Positions 1 through 12,395 of a stretch of 64,000 nt of DNA are shown piece by piece. The DNA lies in assembly GCF_030144855.1 (NCBI RefSeq), contig NC_082728.1:32922001-32986000 (forward strand), read 5' to 3'. The DNA comes from Hypanus sabinus. Its lineage: Eukaryota. The notes under the pieces are model-generated. The model saw only the letters and a list, made by a program, of their open reading frames with translations. It was not told the origin of the DNA and did no database searches. A program made the position numbers and the translations under genes. Numbering within the stretch: the stretch's first letter is position 1; each line of letters starts with the position of its first letter.

Positions 1-790
1 TTGCAAGTACAAGTTCAGTTTTGCCACATGGCGAATAAAAACGCTTATCGAAAAGGCATAACATTTTCGAGTTTTACTCCACTTCATGGAACAACAGAAC
101 TTCAGACAAAATATGTTAATTTCTTTGAAATCCACTAATGTTAGGAAAATTATTATTTAACAATAGTCAATGCATACATAAGCAAACTATCACTACAGAA
201 ATGAACAGATTAAATAACTTAAAAATGAGTTTTGTTTTCATGACATTTTGAACCAGATTGTTCATAGCCTTTCATCACATTTAATTCTGCATGTTGCAGA
301 TCAAATGTTAACTGCATCATTACCTTCACCTCCTTTGCCATGCCTGCTTCTGGTCTGCTTAAACCACGTGTTGAAATTTCCAACTTTATTACTTTTACAC
401 TGAGTTTCTTGGTTGATATTCCTAATGCCACCTAATAGGCAAACATGTCTTTGTCTCAAATACTGCCAACATATTTTAAAATCTCTACTCAGTCTGGACT
501 TAATTAAATTCTATAAATCCTTCAGTACAATGACCTTTTAAGATTCTCCAATTCCAGATTATTACACACACCACTTTTAATTGCCTCAGTAGTTCTTGAA
601 TTCCCTCCTTTAACATCTTTCCTTTTTTGTCTTCATGAAAAGTCTGTTGCAAACCTGCATATTTGCAAAACATTTTAGTCTGCTGCTGTAAAATGTTTTT
701 GTATGTAAGGGTGTTAATTTTTGTTGTGGGGGAAGTTAGAGTCACTTAAATATGTTAAAAGATGAAGATAGTTAAAAGTAACAGAGTCAA

Positions 791-961
791 ATGCTGGACA
801 AACTCAGCAAGTCAGGCAGCATCTATGGAGGGAAATAAACTGTTGATGTTTCAATTTAAAAGACACTTTATCAGGAGTCCTGATGAACAGTCTTTGCCCA
901 AAATGTTGACTATTTATGTCCCTCTATAGATGCTGCTTGACTTGCTGAGTTCCTCCAGCAT
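791..961. repeat. Imperfect palindrome of two inverted Penelope pseudo-LTR ends
   Basis: Left arm atgctggacaaactcagcaagtcaggcagcatcta is the reverse complement of right arm tagatgctgcttgacttgctgagttcctccagcat. Centre is atcagga-g-tcctgat at ~877. The same sequence follows the Penelope ORF at 46.3-46.4 kb. Confidence 0.8.
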
Positions 962-1238
962 ATTATGCATGTTGCTCAAAATTTCCACCATCTGAAGTAT
1001 CTCTTGTGTCTATACTATACTGTGCATCTTATTGAATGGCGGAACAGGCTCGATGGGCCAGATGGCCTACTCCTGCTCCTATTTCTTATGTTCCTATGTC
1101 CTTATGACACAGTGGTCACTCCTGGACCATTTTGGGACTCTGTGGTTAGATTATTAATATTCTGTGTGTTATTTGCTTGTTTTTTTGCTGTTTGCGTAAT
1201 TTGTTGTTTCTTTGGAAGTTAAGAATAGGGACTTCGTA

Positions 1239-1985
1239 CATAAGAGCATAAGAAATAGGAGCAGGAGTAGTCCATCTGGTCCAATGAGCCATGATTCAAT
1301 GGCTCCACCATTAAATCAGATGATGGCTGATCTGGCTGTGGACTCAGATTTCCCACATAACCATTAATTCCCCTGCTATGCAAACATCTAGCTAACTCTG
1401 TCTTAAGTATATTTAATAAGGTAATTTCTGCTGCTTCCCTGGGCAGGGAATCCACAGAATCACAACTCTCAGGTAAAGCAGTTTTTCCTCATCTCTGTCC
1501 TAAGTCTATTCCCCTAAATCTTGAGCCTATGTCTCCTAGTTCTAGTCTCACTTACTTCTATCCTAACACTATCCATTTCATACCTACATGTTTCTATCAG
1601 GCCCTCTCTCATTCTTCTGAATTCCAGCAAATGTAGTCCCAAACAACTCAATTTCTCCACACTGGCTAACCCCTTTATCTCCGGAACAAAGCTTGTGAAA
1701 CTTCTCTTCACCGGCTCCAAAGTCAGTACACCTTTCTTCATAGAAGGTCAGAACTGCACACAGTACTCCAAGTGCGGCCTCACCAGAACACTGTATGTTT
1801 GCAGCGTAAACTCACTGCTCTTAAATTTAGTCCCTCTAGCACTGAATGCCAACATTCCATTTGACTTCTTGAAACCTGTTGCTCCTGCAAACAAACTTTT
1901 TGTGATTCATTCACAAGCACACCCAAGTCCCTCTGCACAACAGAATTGGAAAACCTTTTAGCATTTAAATAATAATCTAATTATA
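1239..1985 (-). mobile_element. CR1-clade LINE 3' fragment
   Basis: Minus-strand RT C-terminal remnants (ORF 1514-1741 ...SVEKLSCLGLHLLEFRRMREGLIETC...) and a short-repeat tail (cataagag/cataagaa) at 1239. Confidence 0.8.
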
Positions 1986-1999
1986 TTCATGGATTCATA

Positions 2000-2225
2000 G
2001 AAAAGAACACCTCAGAAACAGGCCCGTCAGCTCATCTAGTCCATGCTGAAACATTTAAACTGCCAACGCCCATTGACCGTCCAAACTCCTGATATTCCAG
2101 TTGAAATTGAGCTGGCATGCACCACGTCTCTGAGTGAAGAAGTTTCCCTTTATATTCCCCTTAAACTTTTCACCTTACACCCTTAACCCATGACCTCTGG
2201 GTGTAGTTCCACCTAATCTCAGTGG
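2000..2225 (-). mobile_element. CR1 3'-UTR fragment
   Basis: Resembles the other CR1 3' ends in the window (e.g. 31.2-31.5 kb) in reverse orientation. Confidence 0.6.
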
Positions 2226-2272
2226 AAGAAGTTCCAGGAGTCTCCTGCATACCCACATATTGATAGCAGCTT

Positions 2273-3559
2273 TGTCATGTACCTCTAGGGTTTATTTTTT
2301 CTGAGGACTGTCACTTTGAAATGCTGAGAGAAAGAGACTGACTTTTGGACAGTCGGATTCCTACTGACTGCAGAGTTGCTTCGTTACTGTGGTGGAGAGA
2401 GGTGGAGTTATTTGATGGACAATCAATGTTATGGTTTTTCTGCAGCTTGTTTACTTTTTACAAGGATAGTCACAGACACGTACAGTTAGAGTCAAGATGG
2501 ATTCCATCAATGGAAGACACCAGTGAGTCGGTCGCTGGTTTAATCTTTCAGTAGCCCAAAAAGGGATGAGTTGAGATCAATCCAGAGTATCAATAAATGA
2601 CTCTCACAATTTTGCTGCAACTAGAAGAAGTTTGCAGAGAGAGAGGAGTGGAGAGGAAGGTTTGAAACAGAAGATACTTAGTGACAAAGAGATCACTATT
2701 TGGACTCTCTCCAAGTAGACCGTGAGGGTGAGTTTTTTTCCATTCGGCTACCAAAGTGTTATTGTCACTCAGTTAATCCACAGGAATGGTTCTCTGGTGA
2801 GGGGAGAACCTTTGTGAATACTGCGTGTGTGTTTATCCTTTGTCTGGGCATGGTAGTTCACTGAAGATAGTTACCCCTGTGGCAAATCACTATTAGAGTT
2901 ATTTCGTATGCCGTGCAACGGGATAAGTGACTATTATATTGTGTGTGATTGGGGTAACATTGTGGAATCTACCAGTGTGTGGACCCTTGCCTGAGTGGTG
3001 GTTCCCTTAAAGATGGTCCCTGTTGTGATAAGCTACTGTTGGTGATAACCCATATGTGGATTCGGTTTGAGTATCGTGTGGCCACCACTTTGATTGTCCC
3101 GTAGCTGAACTCGGGTGTGATACCACTCGTGTTGAAAGGATATTCGTTGAAGATCACTGTCGGTGATACTTTGTGTGTGGAATGGAACAACTGCGGAGGT
3201 AAAACCTATGGCTGTTGTTGTTTTGTATTGCTGTTGTGGAATCTGTGGAATATCGATGTAATTGACTTCTCACAACAGTTGTCTTTGGATTACAAATTAT
3301 CTCGCATTAATTAACCTGCGCATTTGAACTGAACTTCTCTTATACACCATCATAAGACTGTATCACTTACCACCTACGCTTGAAGAAGTTTGGGGATTTA
3401 TCTATTTACACCTATATATGCATAACAACATGAACTCTTGATTTACCCAGTTTAAGCTACTAAATGATGTTGTTACTAATAAAGTAGTGTTTTGTTAACA
3501 GCAAAACCAGACTCCAGGTGTGTTCTATCGCTGCTGATACTTCTACAGGGTTACGTAAA
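2273..3559 (+). mobile_element. Probable solo LTR (Gypsy-like)
   Basis: Starts TGTCATG, has AATAAA at ~3477, ends gggttacgtaa(a)a like the other solo LTRs here. No coding capacity and no clean TSD seen. Confidence 0.55.
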
Positions 3560-3570
3560 AGTATAGATTA

Positions 3571-4320
3571 CAGGCTCCCTGACGCCCGCAAATATTATCC
3601 AATATCCTGGAAATCAATTTTTTTTGAGTGGGTGAGGGAGGGGGGAGGTGGAGCGAGAGCGAGAGGAAGCATCCTGATTGGTCTCTAAGTAGACCTATCA
3701 GTTTCCTGTGGGCGGGCTTTACAGTTGACCTCCCTCTCTCATTGCCCATCAGTTCAGTTTAATGTCCTGCTGCGCCATGGCAGAGTGTTCCAAAAAAAGA
3801 AAATATAAAACGTAGTTCACCCCAGACACCACTAAAGTGCACTCCTGCTTAATCCGGGTCAAAAGTAATGACAGTGTTGCTCACTGCACTGTTTGCAACA
3901 GTGACCTCTCTATTGCCCATGGTGGTGTAAATGACTGTAAAAGACATGTTGAAGTGAGTTTATGAGATGTCACTCGTTCATTAGCATAGCTAACGGTATT
4001 TAAACTAGCTGGCTAGCGACTGAGGAGTTACTCTATTGACGTCCTACGTGATAAAGCTAAACTCCCTGTAGACTTGCTTATAGTTGTAATAGAACAAAAA
4101 AATGACTCCATGATAATATAATACAAATACATATTTTAATGTCACATTTTCTGCATATACCCAACTTGGTTTACAGATTAGACAAAATCACTAAACAAAG
4201 TATTACATACACTCTTGGAGGTCGACTGGAGGTGGGGGGATATGGAGTTGTGGGGGGCTGGGGTGTTACCTCCATGAAATCAGTTTTTGCGGGATGGGAT
4301 GTCTGCTTTCATATCTCCCC
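3571..4320 (+). mobile_element. hAT transposon 5' remnant with promoter and first transposase exon
   Basis: ATG at 3777 reads MAECSKKRKYKT*FTPD...HCTVCNSDLSIAHGGVNDCKRHVE, a hAT N-terminal zinc finger with one in-frame stop. Donor GAA|gtgagt at 3954, reverse CCAAT at 3677, GC box at 3709. Confidence 0.65.
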
Positions 4321-5289
4321 TCAATCCTATATTCGAAGGAATAAAGTCTATCCTATTCAAGCAACACACATCAGATGTTGGAGGAAATCAGCATCGATGG
4401 AAAAAAGGACAGTTGACGTTTCGGGCCGAGACCCTTCGGCAGAACATTCACCTTTTCCGACCTATTCAACCTTTCCTCATACTCAGATCCTCCAGTCCCA
4501 TCAACATCCTTGTGAATATTTTGGAACTCTTTCAACCTTATTTACGTCTTTCCAGTAGGTAGGTGATCAAATCTGCACATGACACTCAAGGTTCAAATTC
4601 ATCCTCTTGACAGAAGTCCACGAAACAAGGAAACCCCAGAGAACAACAGAAACATCGAAGCCCCCCTCCCTTCACACAAACAGCAGCAAAAGCACTGATC
4701 CCCTCACCCCTCCACCTGCGCAAGCAGAAATACCGACTCCCCCACCCCACCACCATGCGGACAGCAGCAGAAGTAGCAAGGAGCCCATTGATCCAGAGTC
4801 CATCAGGCTACAGTTCACAAAGCTGCAATTCGGTATCTCTCTCTTCACCAAAGGAGCGAGAGGTCTCTCTTGCAACAAGAGCGGAGAAGCGCGACTTGCT
4901 GTTCCGGTGTCACTTTCTTCTGCGTCATTACCAAGGCTTCCGTCTTATGGACCAACAGGCTGTGTCTCCATCGAGAGACAGAAAGGGACGGATCACTCTA
5001 GTACAGGGGTTTCCTTCGACAGCAGCCAGCAGTTAGCAAACATGGCACCTGCTGTCTCGGTGTCCCAGTCTTGCTGTTTCCGTCTCCAATGATGCCTGGC
5101 CGGCAAAATCGGCGACCAGCTGGCTGCTCCCCGACTTCTGACCTCCCAGCCCCGAGGGCGCGAGAAAATGAACATATCTGGAGGTAATGAAGCTCTCGGA
5201 CTAACAGTAGAGATAGCGGAGATATCGCGAGATAACGAAGCACTGGGACTCACAGTTCGTCTGAAAACCCACTGCTTCTGAAGAACTAG

Positions 5290-6495
5290 ACTCCCTGTCC
5301 TCGTTAGATGCATCTTCATACTATGCGGATTCAGTTCTGCGAGGAACCGGGTTCTACCACGTCTCATTATATGCGTCAAAAACTCTCAGTTATGCGAGGA
5401 GCCCCGCTTTCCCGTCAATATAAGTCAGCTGCGCGCGCCTCACAATCTCACTCCCGCCAGATGAGCAATGGTTTTGGCAAGCAATGGATGTGGGATCTTG
5501 TGCTCTTAAACTTTTGTTGGGTTTACCTGTGGGGTAATGATTTTGTGCTTGAAATATTTAACCGTGCTTCCTAAGCGTCCAAAGTCATTTCCTTGGCCAT
5601 CAGAACTGCTTTAACATTTTGAAAAAAAATTGGAAATTATAAGCAGCGCGGCATCAGGTAAAGGTTACACGGCTCTAGGACGCTACTGCCGGGAACAGAA
5701 CCTTGCCTGTAAAGTTCTTCTGTTGCTTGAGAATGCGCCAGCCCAGCCTAAACATTTGGGCAGCATTCATCGTAATATAACAGTGCGTTTCCTGCCGCCT
5801 AACACAACATCGCTGATTCAACCACTCGACCAAGGTGTGATCCACATTCAAGTTTTTTTTTTACGGCGAAATATCTCTCAGATGCTGCAAGCAACAGACG
5901 ACTTTGAAAATCCCGGGAGGTTACCAACGGTGAGGGAATGGTGGAAGTTGGAACATTTGGCACAAATGGCGATGACATGGACCCAAGTTTAGAACGGAGT
6001 CACATTTCAGTTGTTCCCTGCCATCAACCCTTCTCCCCACAAGCAAATTTATGCTGAAAAACAAAATGCTGCCAAGCAAACAACCCACACTACATTCTTC
6101 AATCTGGTGTCGTCACCTGCCGTTCTGTGAGTCTCCTTCACCCCTTGCTGTGCTCGATGTCCACCTTTTCCATGTAATGCTGCCCGACACCACAACAACC
6201 ACTCATCTCCCGGAGCGAACACACCTGCCACTGTTGGTGAGTACTGTACACCCAAGTATGTTAACTTTCAATGATTTTTTACATTGAATATTACCTTAAA
6301 TTGATGAAATATAATATAAATGTTGCCTTGTGATACTGATTTTGTGTCATATTGGTATGAAAATGTGAATAAATTACAGATTTATTAATAAATTTATAAT
6401 AAATTACAGGAAGCCCTCTGGAACGCATCCCTGTTTTCTCCATTTAAATAATTAGACTGCAATGAAGTCATCCCCCGCATATAACGACGATGGAA
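5290..6495 (+). mobile_element. Tigger/pogo DNA transposon remnant (DDE_1-type)
   Basis: ORF 5630-5992 has KVLLLLENAPAQP...FLPPNTTSLIQPLDQGVI. Ends resemble each other in inverted form (tcctcgttagatgc versus gcatataacgacga). Confidence 0.8.
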
Positions 6496-6756
6496 ATTTT
6501 CACTACGCTATGGACAGAAGAATATGAATTCTGGTTTTACTTACAATGCCTATAGAAGATATTCACTCCCTTGGAAGTTTTCATATTTTATTGTTTTACA
6601 ACATTGAATCACAAAGGTTTTAATTTGACTTTTTTGACACTGATCAACAGAAAAATTCTGGTGTCAAAGAGAAAACTGATTTTTACAAAGTGATTTAAAT
6701 TAATCACAAATATAAAATACTAATATTTGAGTGCAGAAGTATTCACCCCTTTAATG

Positions 6757-7791
6757 TGATATGTGGAACCAGCAATAATAAATGTGGAACGGAGCCAGGA
6801 TATTATCAGCATGCCACAGAATTTATTATCACTGAAGTAGAAACATAGAAAATTAAAGTTCAGTCAAGAATGTCAGTTCAGAAAGTTTCAGGTATTCATA
6901 AGGGTCATTGAGAGGAGAGACTTTTAGATTTGAGGTGTAGCGAAGAGACTATCTTGAAGACCGAGATTCAAAATACAGTGAAGGAGCGAGTCTCACAGAG
7001 GTATGTCAGAAACAGCCACCGTACCTTTCTGAAGGTGATTTGGCAGACACCTAGTAGACAAAAAGTGAGAATTTCACCACATAACTGACAGGAGAAGTCC
7101 CTTTTCCAGAACTGGTCACCACACACCTGAGACTTTGCAGGGGTCACCAAAGTGAGGGCCAAAAATCCACATTTGGATTACCCAGTTCCACAACATACGA
7201 AGTAACTCCAACAATGATTTGCCACAGGGTTGCCTTCTTCAGTAAACTACCACACCAAGTCAAGGGTTAACACACACGTGGTATTCACAAAGGTTTTCCC
7301 TCACCAGAGAACCCACACCTGTGGATTAACTGTGTGACAACCACACTTTTGTATCCAAATAGAATCAGACTCATCCCTACAGGCTACTTGGAGAGAGTCC
7401 AAACAGTGATCTCTTTGTCACTAGGTTTCTTCTGTTTCAAAACCTTTTCTCTCCCCTCTTCTCTGCAACTGCCTCCAGCTGCAGCAACTGTGAGAGTCAT
7501 TTATCAATACTCTGGATTGATCTCAACTCACCCCTTTGGGTCACTGTAAATTTAAACCAACGACCCACTCACTGGTGTCTTTCCTTGACAGAAACCACAC
7601 TCGACACTGTGGAGCACTCTGTGCTGCTCCTTTTATACTGTTGGGGTAGGTCATCGCGTGACACTCACAGAAACAAAGTCACAGATTTCCACTACATCAT
7701 GTACTGTCCCAAGAATTGAGACTGGGGTACATAACACACAGATTCCCAGTACATCACGTACCATCCTAGATGTTGAAACGGGTTCATAACA
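6757..7791 (-). mobile_element. Solo LTR inserted in the Tc1 element
   Basis: TGATATG...CATAACA termini with 4-bp TSD AATG (6753-6756 and 7792-7795). Tc1 sequence is continuous across it. Strand is tentative. Confidence 0.75.
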
Positions 7792-9841
7792 AATGTGAAA
7801 CACTAAATCATCTGTCCTGCAGTCAATTGGTTTTAGAAGTCACATAATTGGCCGAATGGAGATCACCTGTGTGCAGTCAAGGTGTTTCAATCGATTGTAG
7901 TAAAAATACACCCGTCTCTGGATGGTCCAAATGATGTTTGAGTTTTGAGGGACTGCAACCACTGGAGAGGGCTGGGTAGATAGTGGTACTGGCCATGAAT
8001 GGTGTGGGGATGTTGGGAAATGGTGTAGCTTCAGGTGGAGGGGAGGATCTGGAAAAGGAACTGGAAATGAAGGGCTCGGGTGAGGGTGGGTTGGTGGGAG
8101 GAGGTTGGAAGGAAGTTGAATTCAGATCTGGAAAACAGAAAGAGAAACATAATATTAGAATGAATTCAAGTGATGGAGAGGAAGGGATGGATATTTTGGA
8201 AAAAAAAAAGGAAAGAAGACTTGAAGGTATTGTTTAAATTTCAACCAGGACAGCTGCTCTCCATCAATCCCATTAAATTAACTAGAGAGCTAAAAGTGGC
8301 CATAGGGAATATAGATTGTGCTGGTACTTTAAGTGGAGGGAAGGTGTTAATTTTTTGTAAGGATAAAAAGCAGTCTGGGAAAGCATTATGATTGAAGACT
8401 TGGTAAAAAGATATTATTTATTTTGCCTGTGGAAAATAGAGATGTTAGGGATGTTGCAATAGGTGTTCCATTGGAGATTTTGACAGAAGAGGTTAAATCT
8501 CATTTATTGGGAGGCAAGTTTAAGGAGGTAAAGAGATTGCAAGTAGTCAGAAATGGGGAAAGGATAGATAGCTTGTCTATATCGATATGTATTGATGAGG
8601 TGAAGCTCCCTGATAAAGTTAGTTTGGGGCATGTTAGTTATAATGTTTGAGCTTGTATTACTCCCCTGCTTATATGTTCCAAATCTCAGAGGTTTGGGCA
8701 TGTTGCAGCAGTATGTCATGGGAAACCAAGATGATGTAACATAAATATGAAAATTGTGAACATGTAAAATTTAATTGTTGTAATAGCAGAGGAGAACATA
8801 GTGCAGCTTATAGAGGTTGTGAAATGCTTAAGGCAGCTGAAGTCAAAAGGTTAAAGTATAGTTTGGTGTGTCTTATGCAGAGGCTGTGCAAAAAGTAAAA
8901 GCAAACATTGATAATTAATAACATTGGCCAGAGAACAGACTGTGAAGTCAAAGGATATATGTTGGCATCATGCTTCACCCACTAAAGATAATTTACTAGC
9001 TGATAAACTTAAGTTTGTGATATTCATAATGAGTGTGGTGAATTATACTGCGCAGACATCTACTCGTACAGAGAAGGTTAAAATTATTGTAAAAGCAGCA
9101 AGAAAAATATCTGAATATAACAGGTGTTATGTGGGAAGCTGTAAATGAAGCTCTAATGGGTGGGGTATCTGTATTTCAGTCTCCTTCTGAAATACCTAAT
9201 GGTCATAATATTACAGTGGAATGCAAAAACCTTGATTTCTAATTGTCAAGACTTTAAGAAGTTTGTTTCTGATTTATCAACTCCACCTGATATTATATGT
9301 ATTCAGAAAACCTGGTTGTTACCACATTTAAGTTTTTCCTTGCAGGATTATATTATAATTGGGTGTGATAGATTAGTTGGTAGACGGGGTGGTGTTGCAA
9401 GTTTTGTAAGGAAAGGGATAGGACATAGAGTTGTGGATGTAAATGAAGTACGTGAGGCACTTGTAATGGAAGTATTTGATCCAACAGGTAGTGATGTTAA
9501 AGTGGTAAATTTTTACAACTCCGGTGCAATGTTCCCTCTAATTTTTAGCAGTCAGTGTGTGCAAAAATCTTATGTTGTGCAAATTTTTTTCCTGTAATAG
9601 AAGTATGTGCGCACTGAATGCTCATGTGGCACAATTTATTTAGGTTTGCAAAATATTTGACATAAAACTGCACATGATAACAACAAAATAATATACAGAT
9701 TTAAGTCACTTAGTTATTTTTTCTCTCTCCTCTCTTTGGCATTTACCCATTCTTTGTAAACTTTATCTAGACTAATGGAACTTCCATCCAATTGATTGTT
9801 TTTGATTCTCATTATCATATCCAAATGACATTCACCTAAAC

Positions 9842-11036
9842 TAGTGGTCACCAACCTTTTTAAGGCCAAGATCCCCTACCTGGGCCTTAGTAAAAGGCAA
9901 GATAAACCCCAGAGCAATTAGTTGCACGCATGCGCACCGGGGCAGAAAAGACCGGAAGTAAAACCCTGCAACCCAGATGTAGAAATAATGTATAAACACC
10001 AGGGGTACCCACACTTCTTTTGCAATGCGGACCAATTTAATATTGACAATATTCCTGCAGGCTGGCCGACGGGTGAGGGGGGTGTTAAACACGATGGGAA
10101 TACAGCGATACTAAAAGCAGGTTCCTTATGTCCAGTCTATTCCGCAATTTAGTTTTCGCAGCTCTCGTCACTGAGCTTCTGTCCCATGCTGCTCACGTTT
10201 TTTTCCGCTGAATAATCTCAACGTGTTTGTCATTAAGTGCTGGGTGCTTAGACTCAGGGTACTGAAGCAGCCTTGAGGGCTTCATTGCCTCATTGGACAG
10301 CTCCCCGGGTCTGAGCTCCAGCCCCTCGCCCGCCCGCTGCCAGATGCCTTGGCCATTTGCAGCTGGTTATGGATTGGGTGAGAGGACAAGGTTAGGGCTG
10401 GAGGTCCCCGTGCCAGGGCTACGCCGCTCGCAGTCCGGAAAGAGCGACCGACCGAGCGAGGAGTGCGACAGGACGCACACCCGCCCCCCTTGTAGGATCT
10501 AATGGCCGATAAGAGTTTGCTTCAGTAGAGCACAGCAATGTAGTTGCACTGATACTTAAGAAACAATGAGCCTGAATTAGGCCATTTGCAAATATTTTCG
10601 CACCGGATTCCCCATGAACGTACGGTGTGGTAAACAGGTTCAGAGACAGTGCTCCAGGCCAGTAGCGATCGCACTTCCCGCCAGCCGCCCAAGGCCAGCC
10701 AATGATCCCTGGTGCGAGGGTATCACTATGTTTAGGCAACTGATGCCCTTGTGTCGGTTCAAGTTCAACAGTGGCTGTTACAGGGAATGAGGTAAGGTGC
10801 AGCTGAATCCTATCACTTCCTCACGGCCCACTGGTTGGGGAACACTGAAGTACACTGTGTAATGTGGAGGAGCTACACGCTTGCGCACTGGGCAGAAAGA
10901 ACGGAACTAAAACCCCGCAACCCGGAAACAATCTATCAACAGTATTTGTGTGTGTATTTTTCATTTTTTTTGGGATCTACTCAGAAAGTCTCAAAGATAA
11001 ACTAGTGGATCGTGATCAATGGCTTGGCGAACACTA
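9842..11036. mobile_element. Non-autonomous hAT (Charlie/Buster-type) element nested in the larger hAT
   Basis: TIRs TAGTGGTCACCAA and TTGGCGAACACTA with perfect 8-bp TSD ACCTAAAC (9834-9841 and 11037-11044). Confidence 0.9.
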
Positions 11037-11870
11037 ACCTAAACAGTTTCTCAGCTTGCTTTTGTGTTGATTCATTAGGCTAAAACCTCGCTCACAGTCC
11101 GCACTAGATGCAAGAAAGGTTTCCCCATCAACTGTGCAAGATTGCAAAACTCTTCATTTTGAAGTACAAATGCCAGCATTTGGGCAAAGTTTGAAATCAG
11201 TTTGAATTTAATTTTTTCTTGCATGGGAAATTTGAAATCATTAAACTGTCTAACTATTACAGTATTTTCAGCTAGAAAATCATGATATTTTGGGCATAAG
11301 GCATTAACTTGTTCATCATCACGTGAAGAAACAATCTGCAATTGCTCAGAAATCAGAAGCTGACCATTCTTGTACCTCAACTTCAGGAAACCTTTCTTCT
11401 AAATGAACACAAAGAATATTTATAAAAGTCAACAGCGAACTTGTATCTACTGTGACATTTTCTTCAAGTTGTTGGCTTAGCAAAGCTTTAACTTTGTCAC
11501 TCCAGGAAACATTGTCTCCCAGGTACTGCTTTCTTACCTTGTTAATTTTGTCTGGTGCAAAATGAAGTGAATGAATCGGTGTCAGGCCACTCTTTTGCAG
11601 AATCTTGCACGCTGCAGCCAGTTCATCAAAGACATCACTTAAAAGCTGTAAATCTACTTTGCATGTGATGTTTATCAATTTCTTGTGACAGTATTTAGCC
11701 ACAGGGTCATTTGACTGATCTTCAAAGTATGTGATCAGTGCCTCATAATTTTTTACTATTGCCTGCAATGCAAAGTGTCTGGATAACCATCTGACTTCAT
11801 AAAGTGATCTGAAAGCAACAGCTTCATTTTCATAGGCCTCTGCAATTTCTTTAAATTCACATCTTTTTTG

Positions 11871-12395
11871 TGTTCATCCATCGTTGGCGTCGATGAGACT
11901 AGCATGTGATTTGGATTTAAGTGAGGGGGAGTTGCACAGCGTCAGCCTCACTCTCTCCTCCCAATTCCCATCTGGATCCAGTGGCAAGACAAGAGTCGAG
12001 ACAGGTGGAGATGGGTCTAGGCACAGTGGATGACCAGGACGTCTTCTGTGTCTTGTTCTGCGCTACACGATCCATGATGCTTGCAGCAACTGCCATCTTG
12101 ACCGTTGGACCTTCCAATAGTCTCATCTGTTCAATCTGCCAGAGTCTCTCTTCACATGCTGGGATAGATAACTCCCTATCTCACTGAGGGTTTGGGACCT
12201 GTCAGCTACCCTCACCTGGTTAGCTGGCTGGTCAAAGCTGTTGCCCGGAGTGTGGCCACTGTTGCATGCAAACAGCTACAGGGAGCCGCATGTGAGAGCT
12301 GAGTGCCAGGTGGGGACCAAAGGTGGACAAACCACCTTGAAAAGGACGTGACATGTTCCCCCACCAGAGGTGCTACCCCTCCCTGACACCCCATA
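11871..12395. mobile_element. Unclassified insertion splitting the hAT transposase (possibly a non-LTR/SINE fragment)
   Basis: The transposase frame ...FSRSAVKR / CEFKEIAEAYE... is continuous across it. Flanks have a similar direct repeat (acatctttt / acacctttt). Confidence 0.55.

Noticed and set aside
500-745. Minus-strand ORF with a protein-like stretch (KGKMLKEGIQELLRQLK)
   Set aside because: Several competing acceptors, weak donors and no recognisable homology, so no exon can be defined.
4607-5379. Several overlapping 70-160 aa ORFs in GC-rich DNA
   Set aside because: Low-complexity Pro/Ser/His translations on both strands with no domain motifs, typical of repeat-derived sequence.
10293-10739. 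CpG-rich segment resembling a promoter or gene
   Set aside because: Lies inside the TSD-bounded non-autonomous hAT at 9842-11036.
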